A DNA stretch of 64,000 bases from Nitrospira sp. (GTDB lineage Bacteria > Nitrospirota > Nitrospiria > Nitrospirales > Nitrospiraceae), in NCBI GenBank assembly GCA_024331045.1, contig JANDJC010000008.1, positions 7,170-71,169 on the forward strand, written 5' to 3'. Made by a program: the position numbers and the translations under genes. The notes beneath the pieces are model-generated. The model had not been told where the DNA came from. It was given only the letters and a program-made list of their open reading frames with translations, and did not search any database. Below, piece by piece: positions 10,893 to 20,383 of the stretch (positions within the stretch are counted from its first letter, which is position 1; every line of letters begins with the position of its first letter).

Positions 10893-11900
10893 TCAACTCC
10901 AACCAACCACGGTCCCGCGGCGAGCCGCCTCTCGTTCGACCAGCATGACAAGCCATCCTGTAACCAGAAACACCGCCGCCACTCCTCCGATGATGACGAA
11001 ACGAACCAGGCCGGACGTCGATTGAAACACCAAGGCGGACAACCCGCACAGCATCATCAGCCCATACGCGACATACGCCGTCTTGCGATGCCCCCATCCG
11101 GCCAGCACCAACCGCTGATAATAATGCGACCGGTGAGCCTGCCAAACTTTCTCGCCCCGTAGGAGTCGCCTGGCCAAGGTCACCGACGCATCAACAATGA
11201 AGGGCGAAAACACCAGCAGGGGAACCCCCAGCGACCAACTGCCGTTTTTCCACCCGATCAGCCCTAGACCAGCCGCGAGAAAGCCCAGCGTGGTCGATCC
11301 GGCATCGCCCAGAAAAATGCGAGCAGGGTGAAAATTAAACCACAAAAAGGCCCCCGCCGCCGCCGCAATGGACAGACTCACGAGCATGAGTGAATGGTCG
11401 CCGGCCGGCCATGCCGCCATAGCCAAAAACCCAAACCCTAAGAGCGTCATTCCGCCCGCTAATCCATCCATCCCATCCATGAAGTTATAAAGATTCACCA
11501 TCCACGCCACACCGAGGGTTGCGAGAGCCATTCCTGCCCATCCCAGATCATGGACCACAAGCCATCCCACCAGCCCCCCCGCCGCGAGCAGATGCACGAC
11601 CAGCCGCCCCCCCACCGGCAGCCCGACCAGATCATCAACAAAGGAAACTACAACGAGAACGCCGGCGCCGACCCACAGCGGCCACCATTCAAGCGGCGAC
11701 ACCAACAACGCGCTCACGGCAATACCGGCTGCGATGCCGATTCCCCCGGTTCTCGGCACAGGCTGCTGATGGAGCGACCGCTCATTGGGATGATCAAGGG
11801 CTCGGCCGGAAAACCAGCGCAGCAACAGGAGCACGGTCACCCACGTCACCAGGAATGAACCAACAGGAACCAGGTACGGAGAGGGCAACAACGCCATCAT
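10893..11900 (-). CDS. WecA/WbpL-like undecaprenyl-phosphate HexNAc-1-phosphate transferase (MraY family)
   Basis: PNERSLH..PVPRTGG, DD, NLYNFMDGMDG, FLGDAGS, AHRSHYYQRL. Confidence 0.93.
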   Translation of the reverse strand: MMALLPSPYLVPVGSFLVTWVTVLLLLRWFSGRALDHPNERSLHQQPVPRTGGIGIAAGIAVSALLVSPLEWWPLWVGAGVLVVVSFVDDLVGLPVGGRLVVHLLAAGGLVGWLVVHDLGWAGMALATLGVAWMVNLYNFMDGMDGLAGGMTLLGFGFLAMAAWPAGDHSLMLVSLSIAAAAGAFLWFNFHPARIFLGDAGSTTLGFLAAGLGLIGWKNGSWSLGVPLLVFSPFIVDASVTLARRLLRGEKVWQAHRSHYYQRLVLAGWGHRKTAYVAYGLMMLCGLSALVFQSTSGLVRFVIIGGVAAVFLVTGWLVMLVEREAARRGTVVGWS

Positions 11901-12003
11901 GCATATTCTTGAATCGTGGCCGCAAATGAGAGGATGAGTCGCTGCCACCCGAGAACCACGAGACACACGCTCATTATGGCCGGTCGATCAGTTCTGGGAA
12001 AGC

Positions 12004-12360
12004 TTAAAGCTCATGGAGCAGCTTGAAAAGCACATCCTCATGTCGGTCAGACGGGAGGATCAAATGTGAAATCTTTCTTGAAGAGTCACTTCGCCATAGA
12101 AATGAACCAGCCGGTTTCCAAGCCCCTCTCGCAGCAGACCGACCTCCTGTTTTCCCGACACCTCCATCTTCCGAAGTTGGAGGGGGATGTCTTTCTATTC
12201 CACCACGGCGCGGCCAACCCTCTCGGTCAAGATTGCCGGCCCAGGTTAAGCAGATCCTCAAGCCCTCTCCGCACATACGATCCAGCCGCCGCAATGGTTC
12301 ACGGATCACTGAGAAATGACTCCACGTTGTTAGCGGAAGGGACCGCAATTCCTCCCTCAT
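12004..12360 (-). pseudogene. Degenerate DUF86/HepT-like HEPN toxin
   Basis: Frame-hopping translation: ELRSLPL / ESFLSDP*TIAAAGSYVRRGLEDLLNLGR / ILTERVGRAVVE*KDIP / NRLVHFYGEV (remnant of the R-x4-H motif). Confidence 0.75.
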
Positions 12361-12738
12361 CCGCCGCCCGGCACAGCACAAACAATTCATACTCTGCCGA
12401 TTCGATCCACAGCGGCTTTGTACAGCAGCTCATCACGAACAATCTGCAAAGCCCAAAATGGCGGCGCTTCCATCAAGCTGGCACAATCGACCGGCCGATG
12501 CTCAACACATCTTCTCAGTCAGCCATCAACCGAACCTTCGCAGGTGGCGCAGGTGGATCAAGGGAGCAACTCTGGGCGGCAGCACGCCCCCCTCGACAAC
12601 CGAGCCGGTCGAATTAGTCAACGATCGCCCGCCTTTTATAGCACTAGCAGCCTCCGCAACACGGCTCCTAAACACATAGAGGGCATCGATGCCATGTCGA
12701 GCACAAATGGACCACGCACCACCGATCTCCTTGCTCAT
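12360..12738 (-). pseudogene. Degenerate MNT (MntA-like) nucleotidyltransferase antitoxin
   Basis: ICARHGIDALYVFRSRVAE (decayed FGSRA), VRLMAD*EDVLSIGR, EAPPFWALQIVRDELLY, AEYELFVLCRAAD across several frames. Confidence 0.75.
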
Positions 12739-12774
12739 CGCCTGTCTTCTGCACAGCATCGGAGGCCCCGCGTC

Positions 12775-12803
12775 ATTATGTGGAATCGGCCCTGCCCCGT
12801 CAA
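12775..12803 (-). promoter_or_regulatory. Sigma70-like promoter of the decayed MNT-HEPN pair
   Basis: TTGACG-N17-CATAAT, with the -10 box ending about 37 nt before ATG 12738. Confidence 0.55.
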
Positions 12804-12863
12804 CGGACAGCCCCATGCACTGACCGTTCGTGAGACCCAGCAGACACAAACAGAATCGGCTCT

Positions 12864-13374
12864 TCATCGGCGCATGAACCACGCCACGGTCTCCTCAATC
12901 CCCTGATCGACCGACCAGGGAGGCGACCATCCTAACTCTCGGCGAATCTTGGAGATGTCGATTTGCAAACTGCCAGTGAGCCGCTCAACAGCACCTCGTC
13001 GACCGACAAGGCCCCCTCCCCAACGGAGCAGCAAAACCGGCACCGGCCACAGTGGGACTGATCTCCCCATCGCACGAGCAATCCGCCGAATCAAGTCCGG
13101 CGTGGACAGGTCCTCGCCGTCACTCACGAGATAGGTCTGCCCGGCCACTCGTGCCCCTCGCATGCATGTGACGAGCCCCTCCACTAAATTCTCGCGGAAG
13201 ATCACGCTTCGGTGGTTGCGCACCGAGCCGAACGGCAGCGGAACGCCGGAGTGAATCAGTTTCAAAAGCGAAAGGAAATTTCCACCAACGCCCGGCCCAT
13301 ACACAAGCGGTGAACGGACGACCACCGTCTCCAATGAGATGAGACAACAGCCGCGCCTCTTCTACTTCCCACAT
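12864..13374 (-). pseudogene. 5'-truncated NAD-dependent epimerase/dehydratase (WbpK/WbpV-like)
   Basis: Only the C-terminal half remains (RSPLVYGPG..GNF, SDGEDLSTPDL, RLTGSLQID). No GxxGxxG. A WEVEEA remnant lies upstream in another frame. Confidence 0.85.
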
Positions 13375-13621
13375 CCGTAACAGCTCGTGAACCTTTCAGA
13401 CGGACGCCTTGTCTGTCTATTAGCTTTAGGTGGTTCAGTGAACAAGTGGTGAGGCATTGCTTCTGACTGTTGAAGCGGAAAACGACCTTTTATTAAGAGC
13501 AATGCCACACCTGATTGTCTGCGCATAGTTCAGTCTAATAAATCTCAGCACCGTGCCGCAGCCTACAAAGCTGCGGAGGGGGACAGGGGGGTTCCCTGAT
13601 GATGGCTTTTACAGTCTCTGA

Positions 13622-14311
13622 TCACGAAAATATACGCTTCAGGGCCAACTGAAGCACCTTTTGTACACATACCTCTAGAGATTCCCTGTTTGTCTCCAGC
13701 ACCAGATCCGCCTGGTCTGGCTCCTCATATGGCGACGAAATTCCTGTAAATTCCTTGATTAGCCCATCACGGGCCCGTTGGTATATTCCTTTTTTGTCAC
13801 GCGCCTCACAGACCTCCAATGGGCACCGGCAATAGATTTCTAAAAAATCTTCGCCGATCATGCGTTTTGCTAAATTGCGATGCTCCTTGAACGGTGAGAT
13901 GAAGGCGGTCAAGGCGATCACACCCGCGTCGAGAAACAATTTGACCATTTCGGCTACGCGCCGCACATTCTCCGAACGATCCTTGGCGGAAAAGCCTAAA
14001 TCGGAACACAGACCGTGCCGCACATTATCTCCATCGAAGACATACGTCCGACACCCTCTACGGTGCAGATGTTCCTCAACAGCATGGGCGATCGTCGATT
14101 TCCCAGATCCAGAAAGGCCGGTAAACCACAACACCAATGCTTTATGGCCATTAAGTTTCTCGCGATTTTCGCGTGTGATAGTCGCATTGTGCCAAACTGT
14201 ATTATTTGGTCCCGTCAATCTTAACCGTGCTTCTGTTCCCAAAGAGGAATGTGATACCAGAGTGCTCACACCTTGGCCTGGACTCGACTCACAAGGCTGA
14301 TTGGTTGACAT
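13622..14311 (-). CDS. cysC: Adenylyl-sulfate kinase
   Basis: WFTGLSGSGKSTIA, DGDNVRHGL, DLGFS, FTGISSPYE. Confidence 0.96.
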   Translation of the reverse strand: MSTNQPCESSPGQGVSTLVSHSSLGTEARLRLTGPNNTVWHNATITRENREKLNGHKALVLWFTGLSGSGKSTIAHAVEEHLHRRGCRTYVFDGDNVRHGLCSDLGFSAKDRSENVRRVAEMVKLFLDAGVIALTAFISPFKEHRNLAKRMIGEDFLEIYCRCPLEVCEARDKKGIYQRARDGLIKEFTGISSPYEEPDQADLVLETNRESLEVCVQKVLQLALKRIFS

Positions 14312-14319
14312 AGACTCTC

Positions 14320-15264
14320 CTAATCATAGGTCTGTTTGTACCATTGTGCCGTTTGTTTTAATCCTTGAGTGAGCGAAGTTTTAGCTGCCCAGCCCAAGAG
14401 ACGCTGCGCCTTATTACTGTTTAACACAAATGAATCTGTTAACCGTGCCATCACACTGCTTTGCCCAAGAAGGCTGGCACCAAGGCGAAGAAGAGTAACA
14501 GGACAAGGGAGGAGCCTGGCTTGCACCCCCAAAGAACACGCCAAGCGTTTGATCAACTCCGGTGTCGAAATCGCTTCATCGTCAGCCACAAGGAACACCT
14601 CATTTGCTGCTCGTGGGTGGGTAAGACTTATCGCCAAGAAATCAACCAGGTTATCAAGACCAATGAAGCTCCGTTGATTGTTGATACTGGCAAAAGGCGT
14701 GGGTAAGCCTTTATTAACCCAATGCAACAGCCGGAGAAAGTTACCAGGGTTTCCAGGACCGTAGACCAACGGCGGGCGGACAATAACAATTTCCAGTCCT
14801 GTTGCCTTTGCCACTTCCTGTAAAGCCTGCTCTCCTGCCAATTTAGACCGCGCATAAAGGCTCTGGGGACAAGGGGGGGACTCCTCCGTGAAGACCCCCT
14901 GATTGCCCATGACGCCTGCCGAGCTGACATAGACAAATCTCTTCACGCCCGATTCAGCCACCTGCTGGGCTAACCGACGTGTCCCCTGAACATTGACCTT
15001 AGAAAAAGTATCGGCCACATCAGAAGCTCGATCATTCATCACATGAGCATGTGCAGCAAGATGAACGACACAATCTATGTCGATGAGTATGGAGGACCAC
15101 GCTGTTGCTGGCCCGATGTCACCGATAACTACATATTCAATACCCTGGTTCTCGCACATGGGAGTAGTCCGAATAGCTCCCCGCACACCAAAGCCATGTT
15201 CGACAAGGTAGCGGACCAGCGCCTTACCGATAAATCCATTTGCACCTGTAACTAGAATTCTCAT
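14320..15264 (-). CDS. NAD-dependent epimerase/dehydratase (WbpK/WbpV-like)
   Basis: MRILVTGANGFIG, VVHLAA, YARSK, RPPLVYGPG. Start trimmed to 15264. Confidence 0.92.
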   Translation of the reverse strand: MRILVTGANGFIGKALVRYLVEHGFGVRGAIRTTPMCENQGIEYVVIGDIGPATAWSSILIDIDCVVHLAAHAHVMNDRASDVADTFSKVNVQGTRRLAQQVAESGVKRFVYVSSAGVMGNQGVFTEESPPCPQSLYARSKLAGEQALQEVAKATGLEIVIVRPPLVYGPGNPGNFLRLLHWVNKGLPTPFASINNQRSFIGLDNLVDFLAISLTHPRAANEVFLVADDEAISTPELIKRLACSLGVQARLLPCPVTLLRLGASLLGQSSVMARLTDSFVLNSNKAQRLLGWAAKTSLTQGLKQTAQWYKQTYD

Positions 15265-15331
15265 GCGATCTGTAGGAGCAGCGTCTTCGTTGGCTTTGGG
15301 CAATACCCCACGAGATAAGCAGCCATCCTTG

Positions 15332-16087
15332 TCAAAACCTCGCATACTTGAGAACGCCGTTGACCGCATAGTTGGCGAAACACCAGGATGCCTCTGCGAG
15401 ACTAAGCCTCTCAACATCGCGATAGACTCGCCATACCCAGTAGGCGGAACGCCACTTGTTGCGGGAGACAGATTTGCCCACAACGCGATAACGCATGAGA
15501 TCTTCCTGCAGACCGTGGGCAATAAAGCCACGCCGAAGAAGACTTAACCATAAAGCATAATCATCATAGTAAGTGCGAGTCATTCTGAAGTCACCCGTCA
15601 AGTGCCGATCAACGATCACTGTCGAAGTGGCGATAGCCGTCCGCTTGAGCAGACCTCGATAATCGAGACAATCCGGTATGGAAACGAGATGACCAATGCG
15701 AGTGCCATCTGCCGATATACGACGGAATTGCGTGAAGCTGATGGCGGCATGCCTTTCCCGCATGAAGGCAAGCTGGCGATCGAGTTTCTGGGGCAACCAA
15801 AGATCGTCAGCATCAAGGAAAGCGATATACCGCCCTTGAGCCGCATCTAAGGCCTGCTGACGGGCCATCGCTGGCCCGCTGTTGCGTTGCCGGATCAATC
15901 GGATGCGCGAATCATGTCGCGCAAGATCGGCCACAAGCTCGGCCGTTTTATCGGGCGATCCGTCATCGACGACCAGCATTTCCCAATTGACATAGCTCTG
16001 CACCTGGACAGAGCAAATTGCATCGCCGATGAATAGGCGAGCCTTATATGCCGGCATCACCACTGATACGAGTGCCTCGCTGGTCAT
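15332..16087 (-). CDS. GT2 glycosyltransferase (TuaG-like)
   Basis: VSVVMPAY, VDDGSPD, FLDADDLW, DYALWL. Confidence 0.92.
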   Translation of the reverse strand: MTSEALVSVVMPAYKARLFIGDAICSVQVQSYVNWEMLVVDDGSPDKTAELVADLARHDSRIRLIRQRNSGPAMARQQALDAAQGRYIAFLDADDLWLPQKLDRQLAFMRERHAAISFTQFRRISADGTRIGHLVSIPDCLDYRGLLKRTAIATSTVIVDRHLTGDFRMTRTYYDDYALWLSLLRRGFIAHGLQEDLMRYRVVGKSVSRNKWRSAYWVWRVYRDVERLSLAEASWCFANYAVNGVLKYARF

Positions 16088-16108
16088 TATTTGTACGTGT
16101 CTCCTTAT

Positions 16109-18658
16109 TTAGAACACCTCATTGGCGTGCACCGGCACAATGATTGCGCGCTCACCGAAAACGAAAGCCTGGCACTGGTTCTGCATCCTCTTGATTAGAT
16201 CAGTTGGCAGCGGTTCCAAGCCGTTCAGGTACGGACGAAGCTGACCCGTCTGGAGCCATTTATATGTCCTTGAAGAAATCACTATGGTGAACAATGGATG
16301 TTCCTTCACCATCCATTCGTGAGTTTGCCCATGCGTGGCGCCACGCGTGAGGTTGAGCTCCCCGTCACGATGTTCCTTCACCACCCATTCGTGAGTTTGC
16401 CCATGGGCTGCACGATTGCGACCTCTCAAAAGTAAACCATCGCTGTAATCAAAAACGGCAAGGACCTGTTCCCCTGTTGCAGAAGTATTCAAGGTCCGGA
16501 ACAGTGCGTAGTTCGCCTCTGGAGAGACACCGTCCCAGGCCATAAACTCTTTAAATTGCTTGGAATCATAACACCCCGAGACTCGCGGAACCATCTCGAT
16601 CAGGCTTGTACTGCCATTTGTCAACAGGTTTTTCAGCCGTTGTTTCACCGAAGGCGGCATGGTATCAAGGTTGGAAAAGGACACAATGCTATTCAGGCCA
16701 GCGAATGCACGTAAATTTGCCATCGTAATGGGATCCGATACCAGGATCGTCTGTCCACCATGTTTTTGTAACCAGCCAGCTATCTCAAGATCCGCATGGT
16801 CGTAATGGGTAATGACCTTTGAACCTTCATTCTCCACCATTTCCCCATACGCGTAAGACATAAAATATGCTTTCGTAAGCACGCGATCAAACGTTAAAGC
16901 TCCTATAAGCATCACTGCGAGCATCCACCTTGCGCGATGCTTCGTCCATCTGTGCATATAGAGGAGGACAGTGGCAATCAAAGCAGCTGCCACCCCCAGC
17001 AAGTACAGTTTCAGCCATCTGATAAATAGGGCCTTTTCCAATAAATGTGTTACCCCATATACGAACGCCAATGCTGCCGCCATGAATGCAACTAAGAGCA
17101 ACAAGAAGCGGCTTTCCATCCGCTGCTCGTACACCCTTTCAGTCCAAACGGTAGCCAGCAAGATAACCACTAAAAAGCCAGCACGATACACGAATGGAAT
17201 TCCAAGCAATATGATTAGTGTGATCAATGCTGTGGCACCGAAAGGCCACATACTCCGTCGCCCCTCATCATGCTGGACTAAGCTACCCTCACGTCCGAAC
17301 ATTCCTACACCAGGTGATAATGCTGCCAACACTAACCATGCGCCCACGCTGCGCGCGATCTCGAACAAGGCGACTTTGCTACCTGCACCGAGAGCAGCGT
17401 CGGTATTGACGGGTGAGAAGGATTGATTGAACTGTGTGAGCAAGGGTCCTATCCAATACGACTCCTCGATACTTAGACGGAACACCCCGTTCACGGCCGT
17501 GATCGCTATGCCCCCCAAGAAGACGAGCGCACTTGCTGTCCATGTGATGGCCATACAGGGCCGCAGCCAGCGACCGGCGATAGCTCGCCATATAGTGATC
17601 CCAGCCACCAGCGGCAGGAACGCCAACGTCGATCGATGCAGGGGTGCAATCGCGAGCGCCGCTTGCAGAAGAACCACCAATTGGCAACCATTCTGATAAC
17701 TCGTAGAAAGCCCCCCAAGCCCTACCGCCATCCCGATCACTAACAAGGGCACGGCCCAGACGGTATCTTTCGCAAGAGTGTAGCCACCCACCACACCCAC
17801 CGACACAACAGCGAATCCCGTGAATGCTTGAGACAAGGACGATGAGATATCCCTCTGGGGCAATAGTAAGGCAAGGATAAGGACCGCCGCGAGCATGGCA
17901 AGATCGCCATTCGTCGGGGGGAGACACCCAGAGAACACAATAAGCACCGCCACAAAGAAGATACGCTCGTTTCGAGCAGTGAACAGCTTGCGTGCGAGGA
18001 CATAATAAATGATTGTCCGAAAAGGAAGCGCGATCCACGGCAATACCCAGAATTCGCTCAGCAAATCGACTTCGAACAACCGCTTCAAAATTCCCAAGGT
18101 GGTCTGCCATATAGCGAGATAGGAATCTGCGGTGAATGGATTCAATCGGTCAAAGCGAGCCAACTCATTGGCTCCTTTCATCAGATGGGTGTACTGAAAC
18201 AGATCGGTGTACGGATATTTCGAAAAGATGCCAAAGTGGACAAAGTACAGAGGGGCAAACACTCCAAGCGCTGCGGCTAAAACATAAAGAAATTCAGGGT
18301 TATCAGGAAAGCCATTTCCAAGACGAAAAAGACGCATGAAACCAAGTGCCGACACCACCATGGTTCCCCACATCCAATCATCTAAACTCCCAAGCGTCAG
18401 CATTCCTCTTTCACGGGCCACAAAGACCGCAACGAGGCACAGAGCACCGGTAAAAAACGCCACCGCAGTAAGCTCAAGCCGTCCCAATCCAAGATTTTTC
18501 AATACCGTCCGGTGTGGGATCAACCCTAGCCCAATCCCCATGGGGATCAAGAAAAACATCGGCCCGACCAGCAAAGACCGCACGATCCCTTCGGGCAACA
18601 TATATCCGCCAATGACCATCAAGGCATAGTACCCAACGATGGTGCACGAAAGGCTCAC
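16109..18658 (-). CDS. Large polytopic membrane protein of unknown function (possible GT-C fold)
   Basis: 849-aa ORF with many hydrophobic helices, a polar loop YPYTDLFQYTH and a soluble C-terminal domain. GGAGGA RBS upstream. Confidence 0.7.
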   Translation of the reverse strand: MSLSCTIVGYYALMVIGGYMLPEGIVRSLLVGPMFFLIPMGIGLGLIPHRTVLKNLGLGRLELTAVAFFTGALCLVAVFVARERGMLTLGSLDDWMWGTMVVSALGFMRLFRLGNGFPDNPEFLYVLAAALGVFAPLYFVHFGIFSKYPYTDLFQYTHLMKGANELARFDRLNPFTADSYLAIWQTTLGILKRLFEVDLLSEFWVLPWIALPFRTIIYYVLARKLFTARNERIFFVAVLIVFSGCLPPTNGDLAMLAAVLILALLLPQRDISSSLSQAFTGFAVVSVGVVGGYTLAKDTVWAVPLLVIGMAVGLGGLSTSYQNGCQLVVLLQAALAIAPLHRSTLAFLPLVAGITIWRAIAGRWLRPCMAITWTASALVFLGGIAITAVNGVFRLSIEESYWIGPLLTQFNQSFSPVNTDAALGAGSKVALFEIARSVGAWLVLAALSPGVGMFGREGSLVQHDEGRRSMWPFGATALITLIILLGIPFVYRAGFLVVILLATVWTERVYEQRMESRFLLLLVAFMAAALAFVYGVTHLLEKALFIRWLKLYLLGVAAALIATVLLYMHRWTKHRARWMLAVMLIGALTFDRVLTKAYFMSYAYGEMVENEGSKVITHYDHADLEIAGWLQKHGGQTILVSDPITMANLRAFAGLNSIVSFSNLDTMPPSVKQRLKNLLTNGSTSLIEMVPRVSGCYDSKQFKEFMAWDGVSPEANYALFRTLNTSATGEQVLAVFDYSDGLLLRGRNRAAHGQTHEWVVKEHRDGELNLTRGATHGQTHEWMVKEHPLFTIVISSRTYKWLQTGQLRPYLNGLEPLPTDLIKRMQNQCQAFVFGERAIIVPVHANEVF
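16297..16405. repeat. 37-bp direct repeat (1 mismatch), 72-bp period, in frame within the CDS
   Basis: gatgttccttcacca[t/c]ccattcgtgagtttgcccatg at 16297-16333 and 16369-16405. Encodes HGQTHEW(V/M)VKEH twice. Confidence 0.95.
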
Positions 18659-19002
18659 TCTAGCATCCTCCTCAAATTATCGAGTGTAAAATCAGGCTTC
18701 TCGTCTTTTGCCTCTCGTCTGCTCAGTGCTCTAGGGTTGTGCGTGAGGAGAACATTTGTGATGATCTCTCATGATCGCTAACTAGGATCCCGCAGAGATA
18801 TCTTCAATATGGCAAAGGCCTTGCGGTGATGACCCACAATAGCGTTATGATAATCCTTAGAGGAAAATTTCCAAGCACGTCTATTGACGAGTAAAGACTG
18901 CCAGAAGGATAGACTGTCTCTACGAAAGAAAGGAACCACCAGTCCCCACAACCAGGCTAATTCCAGCCCATCTCAGGCCAAGCACTGGTGCTTGTTTCCT
19001 TT

Positions 19003-20382
19003 TCACGAGACACTCACAACACTACGCAGAGACTGGGCAAACAGCAGCACATTGTCCTTTGATACATCATAGAGTTCGCCAGGATAGGAAACCTCCCATA
19101 CATCCTGGAAGTACCGATGAATATTGAACGGGTCTAGTTGCGGCGGTGCGTTAAGAATTTCTCGCAAGATCTCTGGTAATGCCAACAAAGAGTCAAGCTT
19201 TCGCACCAGTGCACAGTCTGTGTAGAACGCATCTCCCAACACGATCACGGGGCGACCAAGGAGTAGTGCCTCTGCCCCTGACTTGGAATTGACCGTCACA
19301 ACCGCATCCGCCCGACTGAGCACCTCATAATTATTAATCCGCGGATCCAGTAGTCGTACATTGTCACACCGTACGAGCAGCTCTCGCATACGTCGACGAT
19401 CGGCAGCACCGATAAGTGCAGGATGTTCCTTGATGAGGAGCAGGTAGCCAGCAGGGAGGGAGCGCGCCAGATAGTCAATCAGCGTGTACTGGTCGAGATA
19501 TTGCGGCGATCGAAAGGTCAGCGCCACATCTGCGGGAACGTGCAGAGGGTAGTAGACGAATCGTTGGCCAGGGTGTGGGATCGGGTGATAGTAACGACTA
19601 AACTCTTGGGCGTTGCGCCACATGCGCAGATGGCGCATTACGTGGCCACTCAAATGGGAAAACTCTTCCTGCTTTCCCAGCAAATGCTTGTCCACGAACT
19701 TTTCGATTAACCGTCGCAAATTGTGAGCATCGGTCAATTTTTCAAACGGACCTCGATAATGCCGCATATCCTTCACGGGAATGACCGCCCGCTGGCGGGC
19801 AATCGTATCTGCCAGATACTGTGTCACCTCTGGACGAATCACCTGGCTAAATGGGCCTGGTACGCGACAGGCCCCAAAGCCATTACGAACAAAAAAAACC
19901 CGCCCTCGAAAGAACGAGGGTTCTACAAAAAAATTGTCGATGCCGCGGCGGCGCGCCACATAAAAACAAGCGACATTCGATAAGAATCCGCCCAGTTCCT
20001 GAACCACGATCACTTCGGTTGAAGTCTCCGCACACAATTCTTCCAAGACAGTTTCACAGGCTTTGAGGTAGCTGCACAGCTTGGCCTCAAGACGTGCACT
20101 GTCGTAGCTTTCAAAAGCGGCCATTTCATGGCTCAGGATAAACCTTAAACTGGGCCATTTGTAGATCGACAGATCTACACCCTCTCGACGTTCGGTATGG
20201 AAATCAAACATGTTAAACGAGCGCTTGCCGCGCATAGTCAGGTATTCGTGACTGCGCTCATGAAAACACAGAAACGCTACACGCCAGCCGACGTCTTCGA
20301 GCGCTTCTCCTACAGCCTCGAAAAACAGCGTCTGATTCATGGCGAGGGTAGCAAAAACAATGGCCGTCTTCTCTTTGCTCAT
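19003..20382 (-). CDS. Capsule polysaccharide biosynthesis/export family protein (KpsS/LipB-like, probable ulosonate transferase)
   Basis: YYPLHVPAD, IKEHP, VTVNSKSGAEALLLGRPVIVLGDAFY. Confidence 0.8.
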   Translation of the reverse strand: MSKEKTAIVFATLAMNQTLFFEAVGEALEDVGWRVAFLCFHERSHEYLTMRGKRSFNMFDFHTERREGVDLSIYKWPSLRFILSHEMAAFESYDSARLEAKLCSYLKACETVLEELCAETSTEVIVVQELGGFLSNVACFYVARRRGIDNFFVEPSFFRGRVFFVRNGFGACRVPGPFSQVIRPEVTQYLADTIARQRAVIPVKDMRHYRGPFEKLTDAHNLRRLIEKFVDKHLLGKQEEFSHLSGHVMRHLRMWRNAQEFSRYYHPIPHPGQRFVYYPLHVPADVALTFRSPQYLDQYTLIDYLARSLPAGYLLLIKEHPALIGAADRRRMRELLVRCDNVRLLDPRINNYEVLSRADAVVTVNSKSGAEALLLGRPVIVLGDAFYTDCALVRKLDSLLALPEILREILNAPPQLDPFNIHRYFQDVWEVSYPGELYDVSKDNVLLFAQSLRSVVSVS

Positions 20383-20383
20383 G

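Noticed and set aside
14320-15531. N-terminal extensions in the ORF track (also 2330-3298, 8052-9014, 20384-21874, 53402-54496)
   Set aside because: Most overlap upstream genes extensively. Family homology and stop/start overlaps support the shorter starts used here.
16297-16405. CRISPR array (37-bp repeat, 35-bp spacer)
   Set aside because: Only two repeats, non-palindromic, in frame inside a CDS, and no cas genes or leader in the window.
18699-18719. Heptamer periodicity tctcgtc-ttttgcc-tctcgtc
   Set aside because: Only three imperfect units, too short to distinguish from chance.
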